From Flectonema sp. DT1601 (taxonomy: Eukaryota), in assembly GCA_964019425.1 (NCBI GenBank), contig OZ025798.1, positions 1 to 64,000 on the forward strand: a stretch of DNA of 64,000 bases. The letters are read 5' to 3'. Position numbers and translations under genes: made by a program. Under the pieces are notes generated by a model that ran no database searches, was not told the DNA's origin, and saw only the letters and a list, made by a program, of their open reading frames with translations. Shown here piece after piece: positions 10,964 through 23,633 of this stretch. Every line of letters begins with the position of its first letter. Position 1 is the stretch's first letter.

Positions 10964-12962
10964 TCAGCTACTGTTACTTTTTCTGGGGTGTGGGCGTTCA
11001 AATCCTTCGACGCTAGGTGCAGTCCATCCTTTGCAAACAAAATCATTAGTATCTCGAGCGTTATTCAATTCAGGAACGTCGAAACTGTCTTTTTCATACG
11101 GAAGAACGTAGATGAGAATGCGCTTCCTTACAACGTATCCTTCTTTTTTATTCCTTTGACGGATATCTTTCATAAGATTACAGATGTCCTTATTATTGAA
11201 GTTTAACGAGTCATGAGCATCATCGGAAACAGTTGTCTGAAGCATGAATAAGTCGGCAATCTGCTTGCCACAGCTGAACTCTCCATTCACTTCTTTCAAA
11301 CAGAAGAAGTCCAATCCATGGAAGTTTCCTTTTGTTGGTCTATACAGGATGTCGTTGGTTGGTACATCATCGAAGGTGTAGCTGAAATCAATTGAAATAG
11401 ATAGTTCTTGGACTTGCTCTTTTATAACATACATCAGTTTCATGTCAGATTTTGCAACAATGTCACGGTAGAACATCGCCTCAAAGAAGCATCCCTTTGC
11501 CCCCTGTGAGATACCCTTGACATAGGTTGCCACCGTTTGTTGTTCCTGGTCTGCAAGATATCGCATGCATTTGTCAAAGACAAATTGACTAATGAATCCC
11601 TTGACTTTATGCTTACATTTTCCATCAAGTGCAACCAGTCGATGAACAAACTTGTTGCCTACCTGTGGAGGTATTCCACTTAGTACATGCTTTACAAAGT
11701 CGATTGTCACGCTCTCCAGAGCTTCAGACACTAAAGTTTCAGCCGTCGCAAGTGGTTTCACCAGAAATCGGAGTACTCCGCCGAACTGCTCGAACTTGTT
11801 ATCTAACTCTTCCTGTTGCTCAGCATCATTGGTTGCCTTCAGTTGAAAGATATCAACAGGGAGATTTGCTATTTCGGCTCGTGTCCAAAGAGGTAAGCAC
11901 ACAGAATAACCACTATCCTTCAAGATTTCACACCCCCGCTGGAATCGTGAGGGTGAACCAGTAAGAATGAGTACTTCCATTCCATTGAGTTCCTTGTCAA
12001 TCACGGGTAATTTCTCCGGCATTTCGAACACACCGATCGTTCTCTCTTTATTTCTATTAAATACAGACCCATCATAAACTGCAACACTGATATCAAAATT
12101 AACACCTTTCCTTGTAATCTCGTAAACGTGGGCATCGCCATCAGAGAAGAGGATGGTTTCAAAATATTTCAGGAATCCATTGTTCCCCTTCACCCACTGC
12201 AACAGTATCCAAAAGCGGAAAGTCGTTTTGCCGATGCCTGGGGTGCCTGTGATTTTGAAAACTGGCTCCTCCGCACAACTCCGCGCTTCCAAATCGCTTG
12301 CAATCTTTTTTAAAGCATTGACATAACAATCGCGTTCTAGTATAAGTCGAGCCTCCTTCCAAGTTTCAACAGAATTATCTTCGACCGCCAAGTTAGTAAT
12401 TTTATCTGTTCCCTCATGCTTGCCCATGGCTTTCAAGAGGGCTTGCATCTTAGCGATTCTACGTTCAAGCTTCTGCCGTTTAAGACCGTCCTCGCGTTCG
12501 CTTTCGTTGTATGTTTTCTGTATTAATTTTGAGTCAGAATAAACAATCAGTTTGGACTTCCTATCAGAAGTCCCTACCCGATTTACAAAGAGACGTCCCT
12601 GAAGTCGATCCAAAGAAACAGTTCTTCGGCACTTTAAAGCAAGTCTTTGAAAAATCTCAAAAAGTGTGGACCGTGTGGTACCTGAGGGGGGTGAAAACAA
12701 GGGGTGTGTTAGGAGGGCTCACAAAAATTACAAGTAATTCCGTGCATTGAGCAATCCATAACCAGGGTTTCCCTCTGAGTTGAGTGGGGAATGAAATGGG
12801 AACCCAATTTTTATTTTTATCGGCCTGATTTGAACCTTAATAATATGCTCCACCAGACCCGGCTTGTTAATTCCCCCATCTTCGATGCTTAGGCTACTGG
12901 CCTTCTCTTGAACATCCCACGTGCTCAGCTTTCGAAATTCGGCTCGAAGCTGTGCTTCTTTC
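10964..12962 (-). CDS. Crinkler/RHS-type protein: P-loop NTPase plus C-terminal restriction-endonuclease-like domain; spliced, 5' end unresolved
   Basis: Walker A in ITGTPGIGKT. LPLWTRAEI and FGGVLRFL motifs. LYRPTKGNFHGLDFF...LQTTVSDDAH matches the CR-REase pattern. The track start (TTG 12700) lies in an intron end: CTAAC branch, pyrimidine tract, CAG acceptor at 12682. A probable upstream exon at ~12962-12836 follows another acceptor. Ends in TGA. Confidence 0.8.
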
Positions 12963-13421
12963 TGTACAAGATAGACAGAGGACCAATCCTTGGATGCGGA
13001 TGGCAGATTAGCATTAGGCCTTGCTGTCTAGAGGTCTTCCCTGTGAGGACGGAGTGGTACTTTCAGCCCCTGTAGCGCTTCCTGTTGTGCTTGTTATTGC
13101 CAATCTGAAGAGGGTTGGTGGTCCTGCGTTGATGTGGTAGCCTTTGGAAGTCCGTGTGCCTCTGGAATATGTTGTACGTTATCAGTAGGGCAGCCCTCAC
13201 TCCAATGGTTCCGTTAGTTGACTAAGAACTATCAACAACACTGAATAACCTCCCCATCCCTTGAGGGGTACAGGATGACAGCGAACACAACGGTTGTTAG
13301 CTTCAGCCCACGAGCATGACGGGCACTAGAGGAAGTATCATGTTGCAGCGATGTGACGGAGGGTGAGGAGGAAGCTGCTGCTTCAAGAAGTCAGGTCACT
13401 GACAGATCACCTGTGAATTCA

Positions 13422-14483
13422 TCAACAAGTCGGACTGTCCTTCGAGATATAGTCGGGGACTTCGACCCGCTTCCCTTCTGTCTGTGCACCGGCGACGTCA
13501 ACTGTGTCACTCACTCGGGGCTTTGTTGGATGTCTCTGCGCCGATCCCTTCTTGCCGCAATATCTGTCTTTTGCATCTTCGTTATTTGAAAATGCGAAAC
13601 CATTCCCTGGAGTGTTGAGTTCGTTTCGGGTCAGGGTCTCATCATTGGACATGTACTGATTCAGGATAGTACTAATTTCCTCAAGTATTTCCTTGTGCGG
13701 TAAATTAGTGTACATGTCACTAAAGTCAAAGGACTTAACATTTCTATAGCTGAGACAAGTGTAGTTAGCTTTAATATACTTAGCTACCTCATCAACATTG
13801 TCAACTATGAAATATTTCTGTATTCCGGTTTTCCTTTCTTCCTCTTTTTCTATCGTTTTAATTCTAAACGAACGCATTTTTTTTAAGATGCCTGACAGTT
13901 CTTTTGACATCTTGGCGGTTGTAGTGAGAGGTTTGCCTCTAAACAAACAGTTGTCACCTTCCTTTTGAATATCGAAGTTTGTTTTTGAGGAAGAACCAGC
14001 TATGAAACGAAACTTCATCGGTTTCTTGTGAAACTTCGGACTACCATAAAGATATGGTAAGTTGTTTGCGTGTCTGAAGCCGTGTTTTTTGTTAAGTTTT
14101 TCTAACCTAATCATTTCCTCTTTGGTCTCTTCAATGTTGTATTCTTTGTAGACATTACAACCGTTGATTTGGTTGTTGAGGGTTTGTTGGTACAAATGTC
14201 TACAACACAGAGCTAGGTCGTGTGTTGTCTTGTCAATCTGGAGAAAATCCATGTGTTCTTTGATTTTAGTAATCTCTTTTTGTACCGTTTGTAGTTCATT
14301 ATTGTTTTGTAATGGTGGCATATTACTGATGTAACCTCTCAGGGTAGTTTTTAGAAAAATCGCAAGATTAGTAAACTTGCTGTGGTGTGGCACTGTTGAG
14401 CGGCTTTGTGAGAACTGCAGCGAGGTGGTCCTCAACAAATGAAATGTGAAGCGTTTGAAACATGCATGCTCTATAAAGTCCAC
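13422..14483 (-). mobile_element. Penelope-like element reverse transcriptase fragment (RT-like part ~13600-14370), truncated before the catalytic YxDD motif
   Basis: Motifs in PLE order: IDK...LALCCRHLY, LPYLYGSPKFHKKPMKFRFIAGS, IVDNVDEV, SFDFSDMYTNLPHKEI. No QG/MG motif, YxDD or GIY-YIG domain follows. The ORF ends are read-through into unrelated flanks. Confidence 0.85.
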
Positions 14484-15987
14484 TAGCTATGCGTGAAGCA
14501 AGACCAGCTGTACCAAAACACTTTCCGTCATTAATCACTCCGGGGAGACTCACAATCGCACGGGGATTACCAGCACACATATTCAATGACCACTCAGTTA
14601 CCAGATCACCTGCCCCTTTAAGCTAGTCACTCAATAGATTCAGGGCATTTTCATGAGTTAGGTTTGTTAATGGTATGTGAACGATTTTACGACAACTACC
14701 TACAGACTCGGTCACTTCGTTATCAAACAACTCGGTGAGTGACGCCCAGACAAATCGTATCTCGGGTAACTTGTTATTGGTGCATCTGTCCTGATAGGCC
14801 ATCAGGGCAGTTCTCAGCGCTTTGCATCGATCTGTTGCACGACTCTTGAGATTTGATTCATCCACACTTTGTTTCCGAAGCTCCATAATGTGATGTTCAC
14901 GCAATTTAATAAGTTCATCAACACAGACAATCAAAGGGATCTCATCAGATAGCTCAAGCTTCTGTCGAAAGGCTGTGATCACTCCATGGAAGTCTACAAT
15001 GCGGTTTAAATCCACATCTCGTCTGGTGTTTGACAGGACAAGCTGACGAGCTAAGGCAACAAGCCGACCCATCTTCCCATCATCGATAATCTGTGTATCT
15101 TCATAAAAGGTCATCATAATAGCTCGCTCGGGATACCATTCATGCATGATCCCTTTACGCAACAAAAAGGTCTTTCCTGAACCTGGGATTCCTACAGTTG
15201 TTATGACACTCCACCTTTCATTTTCACGTTCTGAACCCAATGCCTTGCAAAGTGCTGCGTGTGCATCGTCCCTTTCAAGGAGCGGCTTATCCGCATAATC
15301 CTTTCTCATTTTTGAAAGGTCAAAAATCCTCACTAAATCATCTGCTGTGTAAGGAACAACAAGCATCTTCTGCGTGGGTGATAGGTTTTTTAGTGAACAA
15401 GTATAGCAGCAACAATCAATCCTAGGGCTGTAATGTGACCAAAAATACAGGGAAAAGGGGTAGGGATACCTTAGGTGCCTTTACCCGTTTACTCTTTTTT
15501 CAAAAGAAGTCAAAAAACCGGTTTTTACCCCCGCCCGTAATGGGTTAAAGAAAATGTAAAAAAATATACCTCAGCCCCATTGAAAACAATCAGCCCGAAG
15601 GGCTGTACTGTGACCAATACAAAAAAAGGTTGGACCTGTTCAGACAGGTTTCCCCCGAAATGCGTTACAAACAAAAAGTAAAAGGTATACCTTAGAAGTA
15701 TTCAACAAGTCAAGCAGCTTGTTTCTTTCTTCGTGCTGTTCCACTAATGTGTTCTTGAGTGTCTCTTTATGACGTTCGAGAGTTCCAGAAAGGAAAAGGC
15801 ATTTGTTCCTGAAGGTTATCTCATCACCCGTTAAGGCTTCTTCCGACTTTACAGCAATGTTGCTGAGTTTGTCGAGTTCTTCGTTAGTTACAGCAATCGC
15901 TGCTGTGTTCACGTCCAAGAGTCTTCCATATCTTGCTCTCTCTGTATCTTTCTCAGCAGGCTGAACACCTTGACTTGAGGTGGACAT
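14368..15987 (-). pseudogene. Second Crinkler/RHS-like P-loop NTPase gene with helical N-terminal header; in-frame stop, cut off where the RT fragment begins
   Basis: Exon 1 MSTSSQ...LLNTSK ends at AAG|GTATAC (~15690). Acceptor CACGCAG|AAGATG at ~15370. Walker A VGIPGSGKT and Walker B LIVCVDE. TAG at 14625-14623 is followed in the same frame by LKGAGDLVTEWSLNMCAGNPRAIV. Confidence 0.7.
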
Positions 15988-16316
15988 TTTGTTTTGTGCT
16001 ACAGGTCTCTGTGGGAAAATAGATTGCGATATTTGGCTGAGAAATTACACGGCTGCTGACACCACGCATAAGCTTTTTTAGTGTCACAAAATGGACTGCG
16101 ATTATCTGTGAGGGAAATGATATTCATAACTAACTAACAACAACCAACTTATTCGAGACCGCCTTGCCAGGTGCAGTTGTCGTCCAGAACACGATTGGTG
16201 TTGAACTTTGGATACGGATGCCTGTGTAAATAAAAAAGAAAATTACAACAATACACCAGTCTCTCGTTCTCAGGGTCCTAATAAAACAAAACACATATTT
16301 CCCCTAACTTACGTTC

Positions 16317-16333
16317 CCCGCAAACCCGCAAAC
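16317..16333 (-). repeat. Short interstitial copy of the telomere-like repeat, CCCGCAAACCCGCAAAC, inverted relative to the main array
   Basis: Exact 17-nt reverse complement of the array, inside a ~50-bp segment missing from the equivalent position in later 4-kb units. Confidence 0.85.
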
Positions 16334-16556
16334 GTTATCTTTTCTTCTTTCTCTTCACCCACCCCCTCCTCCCTGCTGCTCTCCAGCTTGTGGCTTTCAT
16401 TAAATTTCCTGAACCTGTAGAATACAATAATCTGAACAACATCAACAAACGTTTTGAGACACATCAATTATTAGGGAAGTGGAACCCTTTTTTTGTATTT
16501 TTTTTTATTTTATTTTCACATAGAGGTTCCCCTGCTATTTATTTTTTTTTTTTATG

Positions 16557-16880
<324 letters not shown>

Positions 16881-19348
16881 TTTTTTTGGTTGTTTTTTTT
16901 TATTTATGTATTTGTTTGTTTTTTTTGATTAGCGGGGAGTGGAACCCCTTTTTTTATTTTTTATTTTATTTTTTTGAAGATTACACAGGGAAGTTTCCCT
17001 CATGTTACTTACTTTATTTTTATTTTTTTTTAATTTTTTTTTAAGAAAAACACTTTATTCCTTGCCTCATTGCCATCACTTCACTTCCTTCTTTATCCTG
17101 TACTCGAAAAGAGAAAAACGAGGATAAACGGTTGAAGGAAAAAAGAGATGGAATTAAAATAAAAAGAAGAAAAAAGAAACACACTTTCACAGATTCAGAT
17201 ATTCTTTTGAAATGTAGAAATTGCAATGCTTCAACTGGGGAGGTGGGTGTAATGATAATGTAAGGCTACAATTAAAAAACAAAAGGAAGGGTATTGCTGA
17301 AGAAGATTAAAAATGAAGGAGTTGGTTGTATGCACCCGAAGCTGTCCAAGAAAGGCACATCAACGGTAAAATAAACAAAAAAAGAAAACACTTTTACAAC
17401 GATCTCTATCTTCAACGGAGATCACTCAAAAACACATTTTACTTCTCAAAAACTAACAATCAAATATTCGATATAAACTGAACTGATGAAAATATAAAAA
17501 AAACTAAAAAAACAAAAAAAAACAGAACTCAAAACAAGGACATTAGCCTAAAAAAAGGATTAATCGCCTCTCCTTCATCCACTCCGAAAACGGAGGAAAC
17601 GAAGAACGAGAAGCCAGATGGTGATTTCCCTCCAACCTAACACTTCAACATACATGAGAAGACATGAAGAAGAAGAAGACAGAAAGGAGAGAGAGCATGT
17701 GTTTTTGTGGGTTGTGTTGTGTTGTGTACTATAATGTTAACAATAACAACAACAACAACAACCCACAAGAAAGAAAAATAAAAGGAAAAAGGAAAAGAAT
17801 AGTGTAAATTAATATTCAACGGAAAGGGAAGGAAACAAAGCAAACACCCACAGAAGCAGGGAATACACATGTTTTCAAGAAAAACCCATCATTTTCATCA
17901 TCATCATCATCATCATCATCACATTTATCATTTTCCTCATACCCCTCCGCGACTTCGCAGAGGAACTGAGGGAAGAACGATGATGATGATAATAAATAAT
18001 GGGAACACACATTCAACAAATTATTATCAACAAATTAGACCCACTGCTCTAAACCCAACAAGCAGCAGTCTTGAATTCGGACCGCGCAGAAGCGATGAAA
18101 CCAAGCAAAGCAGACATGACCAACAAGATACATGAAATCACAAAAAGAGTACAACTGTGCTAACAGCAGACCCAAATAAATATAATCGACTCCCATCTCT
18201 CTCATCTCCAAAATGAGATGGAATCGAATCCGTCTGCGGAATACACAACAACACTGACAGGTTGGCTCCTCTCAGTTGTTGTGACACATCACACAAACAG
18301 AAGTCAAAATGAAAGAATCAAATTGAAGAAAAGAAAAAGGTCGCTGCCACAGCTTAGGTTTCATCTCTTCTTCCCAAATATATAAAACAGAAACAAACCT
18401 CCCGCAACACGGGGGCAAAAGGGAACACGGTCATTTCTTTCTGACAACCACAAAACTAATCAAGACAGGACCAACGGTCACTGGACTGATTAGAATGAAG
18501 AAGAAAGAAAGAAAAAGGAATTCATTTTATTTTATTTTACTTAATTTGCATTTTGGAATCCAACACAAGGACACCCAAAAAAAAAAAAAAAAAAAAAGGA
18601 TAAATAAACATCCTAAAAACCACATCTCACAAAAAAAAAAAAAAAAAAAAGAAAACCAGAAAAGGAAACATACAACCTCCTCCAACAAAAACAAATCTTT
18701 CCACAGACACACCAACCGACGGAAAATCGGACAATTTCCTTTCTTTCCAACCTTACGAGAAAAAAACATACACAACCACCCAATTAAGAAAAGTGAAGCA
18801 TTGCGTGTAAAAAACTAAAATGAATATCAAGGTAAACTCTCCGTGCAAGTATTCCTCCCTCCACCCTAATGAGATTAAAACGGTGAGTGAGTGTGAAAAG
18901 TTACTCAACGATGAGGAAAGGGAGGAAGGGTTTTTACTTGCGAGTGTGTTGAAAAAAAACAAAAAACTAAAATTAAAATTAAAATAAAAAAAAAAGGAAA
19001 AGGCAAGACACTAATATTCATTCAGCGACTGTACACCTGAAAAAGGAGGGGTAGAGATTGGGATGTGCGAAATTGAGAAAAAACATGAAGAATGGTCGGT
19101 GAAGTTGTTTTTTTTTTTAATTACTATTATTTATTTGTTTATTTCTTTTGGTGGCTGTGGGTTTGGGTGTGGGATAGGACGATCGAGACAGGAAGTACAG
19201 TCGCTATTATGGAGGGCAAGTATTCTTTTCAAGAAAATTAACAAAACAGAACAAATTAAAGCAGTACCCGGAAGATATTAAATTAGGTGAAAATGACTTC
19301 CAGTTATTTGTACAAAAGAAAAAAGAACCCCAAAACCCCAAAACCCGA

Positions 19349-19413
19349 TGCACGCAGGGGTTGCCAGGAGATTTTCAAATGGGTGAAGTTACTCCGAGCA
19401 ATCCCTGCGTGCA
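19349..19413 (+). other. 65-nt imperfect hairpin present in every complete 4-kb unit (candidate structured RNA)
   Basis: TGCACGCAGGGGTTGC pairs with GCAATCCCTGCGTGCA, with inner GGAG/CTCC and TTTCA/TGAAG pairs. Other copies start at 23346, 27244, 31240, 35238, 39136, 43132, 47128, 51138 and 55175. Confidence 0.6.
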
Positions 19414-19457
19414 ATGTTTATAAAAAATAAAAATAAATGAAAACAAGTCGATTAATA

Positions 19458-19488
<31 letters not shown>

Positions 19489-19634
19489 TGTTCTGGCATA
19501 ACAAGAGCCAATGAGTGACGAGGACAAACAAACGAAGGAACTGAAAGTTTATCAACAACAAAGATGATGATGTTGATGTTGATGAGGAAGAAGATGAAAA
19601 AGTCGCTCCAAAAACAATTTGAACCATCGACGGT

Positions 19635-20531
19635 TCAGATCATTCTCTTAGCTTTGCGACTTCCCAGCAATCCACTTACTCCCCCCAGGTAGACGACTAC
19701 CTGGATGGGAAATGTCAACACCACAAACATATATTCCTTCCATGTAGTACTAAAATACCAACTGCTGATCATCGCAATGATCAAAACAGGAGGTGGGTAC
19801 AAGGAGATATACAACTTTGCGACAAACAAAAATACAGAAACAACCACCCCGATGCCTTCAAAGACTTCGGGGTGTAGGTGAGCGTAATATAAAACTGACA
19901 CAATCAACACAACGGTGACGAGGAGACACGCACAAAGCTGTCTCACGAAGAAGTCGCCATCCGTTGGTGCGTCGGTGGTCATCCGGTCTCGGAATGAACT
20001 CCGCGGTTGTCTGTTTGGCATCATTGCCTGAGGATGGCTCAGCGACGATGCACGTACTTGTGGTTGTGGTTGTGGTTGTGCCAGTGGTTCGCCCCAAACA
20101 CGCTGTGATGTGAGCGGCTGAGGTGCTGAATGCTGAAGTAGTTGTTGCTGTTGCTGGTGTCGTAGTTCTTGCTGATGTTGCTGTTGTTGGAATGTCGAAT
20201 GCTGCGTTGGTCGAGACAACGTCAGTGGTGGTAGTGGCGGCTGCTGCTATTGATGCTGTAGCTGTTGATGTTCTTCTTGTTCTTGTGGTAGTAGTAGTGG
20301 CTGCACCAACGATGGCTGCTCTTCCTGCTGCTCCCGATCTTCCGAAACACGAATCGCGTCCTTCACTCCCCGAAGCAAGTCCCTTCGTTCCCTCTCCTGA
20401 GACTCTCTCCGTCTCTGATGCTCCCTTCTGGGAGAGGCACCGCGCTTACTGGTGCCCCTCCCACTCTCAATCCCAGCACCGCGGTGGATCTCCTCCTCGG
20501 ACTCCCACGGCGTTAACGTTGTCCAGAACAT
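19635..20531 (-). pseudogene. Gln-rich membrane protein, allele A (CAG>TAG at 20249-20247)
   Basis: Two in-frame ORFs (20247-20531 and 19635-20219) matching the 302-aa copy. Confidence 0.7.
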
Positions 20532-20847
20532 GATTTAGGTTTAGAACTTTTCGATACGGCTGCCTGTGGAAATAAAAAGATAATTACAACAATACACCAA
20601 TCACTCGTTCTCAGGGTCTCAATAAAACAAAACACATTATTCCCCCCAACCACCCCCTCCTCCCTGCTGCTCTCCAGCTTGTGGCTTTCATTAAATTTCC
20701 TGAACCTGTAGAATACAATAATCTGAACAACATCAACAAACGTTTTGAGACACATCAATTATTAGGGAAGTGGAACCCTTTTTTTGTATTTTTTTTTATT
20801 TTATTTTCACAGGGAGGTTCCCCTGCTATTTATTTTTTTTTTTTATG

Positions 20848-20880
<33 letters not shown>

Positions 20881-23454
20881 TTTTTTTGGTTGTTTTTTTT
20901 TATTTATGTATTTGTTTGTTTTTTTTGATTAGCGGGGAGTGGAACCCCTTTTTTTATTTTTTATTTTATTTTTTTGAAGATTACACAGGGAAGTTTCCCT
21001 CATGTTACTTACTTTATTTTTATTTTTTTTTTATTTTTTTTTAAGAAAAACACTTTATTCCTTGCCTCATTGCCATCACTTCACTTCCTTCTTTATCCTG
21101 TACTCGAAAAGAGAAAAACGAGGATAAACGGTTGAAGGAAAAAAGAGATGGAATTAAAATAAAAAGAAGAAAAAAGAAACACACTTTCACAGATTCAGAT
21201 ATTCTTTTGAAATGTAGAAATTGCAATGCTTCAACTGGGGAGGTGGGTGTAATGATAATGTAAGGCTACAATTAAAAAACAAAAGGAAGGGTATTGCTGA
21301 AGAAGATTAAAAATGAAGGAGTTGGTTGTATGCACCCGAAGCTGTCCAAGAAAGGCACATCAACGGTAAAATAAACAAAAAAAGAAAACACTTTTACAAC
21401 GATCTCTATCTTCAACGGAGATCACTCAAAAACACATTTTACTTCTCAAAAACTAACAATCAAATATTCGATATAAACTGAACTGATGAAAACATAAAAA
21501 AAACTAAAAAAACAAAAAAAAACAGAACTCAAAACAAGGACATTAGCCTAAAAAAAGGATTAATCGCCTCTCCTTCATCCACTCCGAAAACGGAGGAAAC
21601 GAAGAACGAGAAGCCAGATGGTGATTTCCCTCCAACCTAACACTTCAACATACATGAGAAGACATGAAGAAGAAGAAGACAGAAAGGAGAGAGAGCATGT
21701 GTTTTTGTGGGTTGTGTTGTGTTGTGTACTATAATGTTAACAATAACAACAACAACAACAACCCACAAGAAAGAAAAATAAAAGGAAAAAGGAAAAGAAT
21801 AGTGTAAATTAATATTCAACGGAAAGGGAAGGAAACAAAGCAAACACCCACAGAAGCAGGGAATACACATGTTTTCAAGAAAAACCCATCATTTTCATCA
21901 TCATCATCATCATCATCATCACATTTATCATTTTCCTCATACCCCTCCGCGACTTCGCAGAGGAACTGAGGGAAGAACGATGATGATGATAATAAATAAT
22001 GGGAACACACATTCAACAAATTATTATCAACTAATTAGACCCACTGCTCTAAACCCAACAAGCAGCAGTCTTGAATTCGGACCGCGCAGAAGCGATGAAA
22101 CCAAGCAAAGCAGACATGACCAACAAGATACATGAAATCACAAAAAGAGTACAACTGTGCTAACAGCAGACCCAAATAAATATAATCGACTCCCATCTCT
22201 CTCATCTCCAAAATGAGATGGAATCGAATCCGTCTGCGGAATACACAACAACACTGACAGGTTGGCTCCTCTCAGTTGTTGTGACACATCACACAAACAG
22301 AAGTCAAAATGAAAGAATCAAATTGAAGAAAAGAAAAAGGTCGCTGCCACAGCTTAGGTTTCATCTCTTCTTCCCAAATATATAAAACAGAAACAAACCT
22401 CCCGCAACACGGGGGCAAAAGGGAACACGGTCATTTCTTTCTGACAACCACAAAACTAATCAAGACAGGACCAACGGTCACTGGACTGATTAGAATGAAG
22501 AAGAAAGAAAGAAAAAGGAATTCATTTTATTTTATTTTACTTAATTTGCATTTTGGAATCCAACACAAGGACACCCAAAAAAAAAAAAAAAAAAAAAGGA
22601 TAAATAAACATCCTAAAAACCACATCTCACAAAAAAAAAAAAAAAAAAAAGAAAACCAGAAAAGGAAACATACAACCTCCTCCAACAAAAACAAATCTTT
22701 CCACAGACACACCAACCGACGGAAAATCGGACAATTTCCTTTCTTTCCAACCTTACGAGAAAAAAACATACACAACCACCCAATTAAGAAAAGTGAAGCA
22801 TTGCGTGTAAAAAACTAAAATGAATATCAAGGTAAACTCTCCGTGCAAGTATTCCTCCCTCCACCCTAATGAGATTAAAACGGTGAGTGAGTGTGAAAAG
22901 TTACTCAACGATGAGGAAAGGGAAGAAGGGTTTTTACTTGCGAGTGTGTTGAAAAAAACAAAAAACTAAAATTAAAATTAAAATTAAAATAAAAAAAAAA
23001 GGAAAAGGCAAGACACTAATATTCATTCAGCGACTGTACACCTGAAAAAGGAGGGGTAGAGATTGGGATGTGCGAAATTGAGAAAAAACATGAAGAATGG
23101 TCGGTGAAGTTGTTTTTTTTTTTAATTACTATTATTTATTTGTTTATTTCTTTTGGTGGCTGTGGGTTTGGGTGTGGGATAGGACGATCGAGACAGGAAG
23201 TACAGTCGCTATTATGGAGGGCAAGTATTCTTTTCAAGAAAATTAACAAAACAGAACAAATTAAAGCAGTACCCGGAAGATATTAAATTAGGTGAAAATG
23301 ACTTCCAGTTATTTGTACAAAAGAAAAAAGAACCCCAAAACCCGATGCACGCAGGGGTTGCCAGGAGATTTTCAAATGGGTGAAGTTACTCCGAGCAATC
23401 CCTGCGTGCAATGTTTATAAAAAATAAAAATAAATGAAAACAAGTCGATTAATA

Positions 23455-23485
<31 letters not shown>

Positions 23486-23633
23486 AATGTTCTGGCATAA
23501 CAAGAGCCAATGAGTGACGAGGACAAACAAACGAAGGAACTGAAAGTTTATCAACAACAAAGATGATGATGTTGATGTTGATGAGGAAGAAGATGAAAAA
23601 GTCGCTCCAAAAACAATTTGAACCATCGACGGT

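Noticed and set aside
13422..14483. RT fragment as telomerase (TERT)
   Set aside because: The DK...Y, PKFHK...RFI and DFSDMYTNLP motifs fit Penelope-like RTs. No TERT T/CP motifs are seen and the fragment is short.
17041..19281. Short ORFs and kinase-like words (LQFLH on minus, YAPE on plus) in each unit
   Set aside because: The words are on opposite strands with no HRD or DFG motif, and the ORFs are low-complexity. Decayed exons may be present but I cannot build a gene model.
19325..19346. (CCCCAAAA)-type ciliate telomere-like run
   Set aside because: Only 2-3 units, variable by slippage, and different from the main motif.
20123..20533. Val/Ala-rich plus-strand ORF in each unit
   Set aside because: Antisense shadow of the Gln-rich gene.
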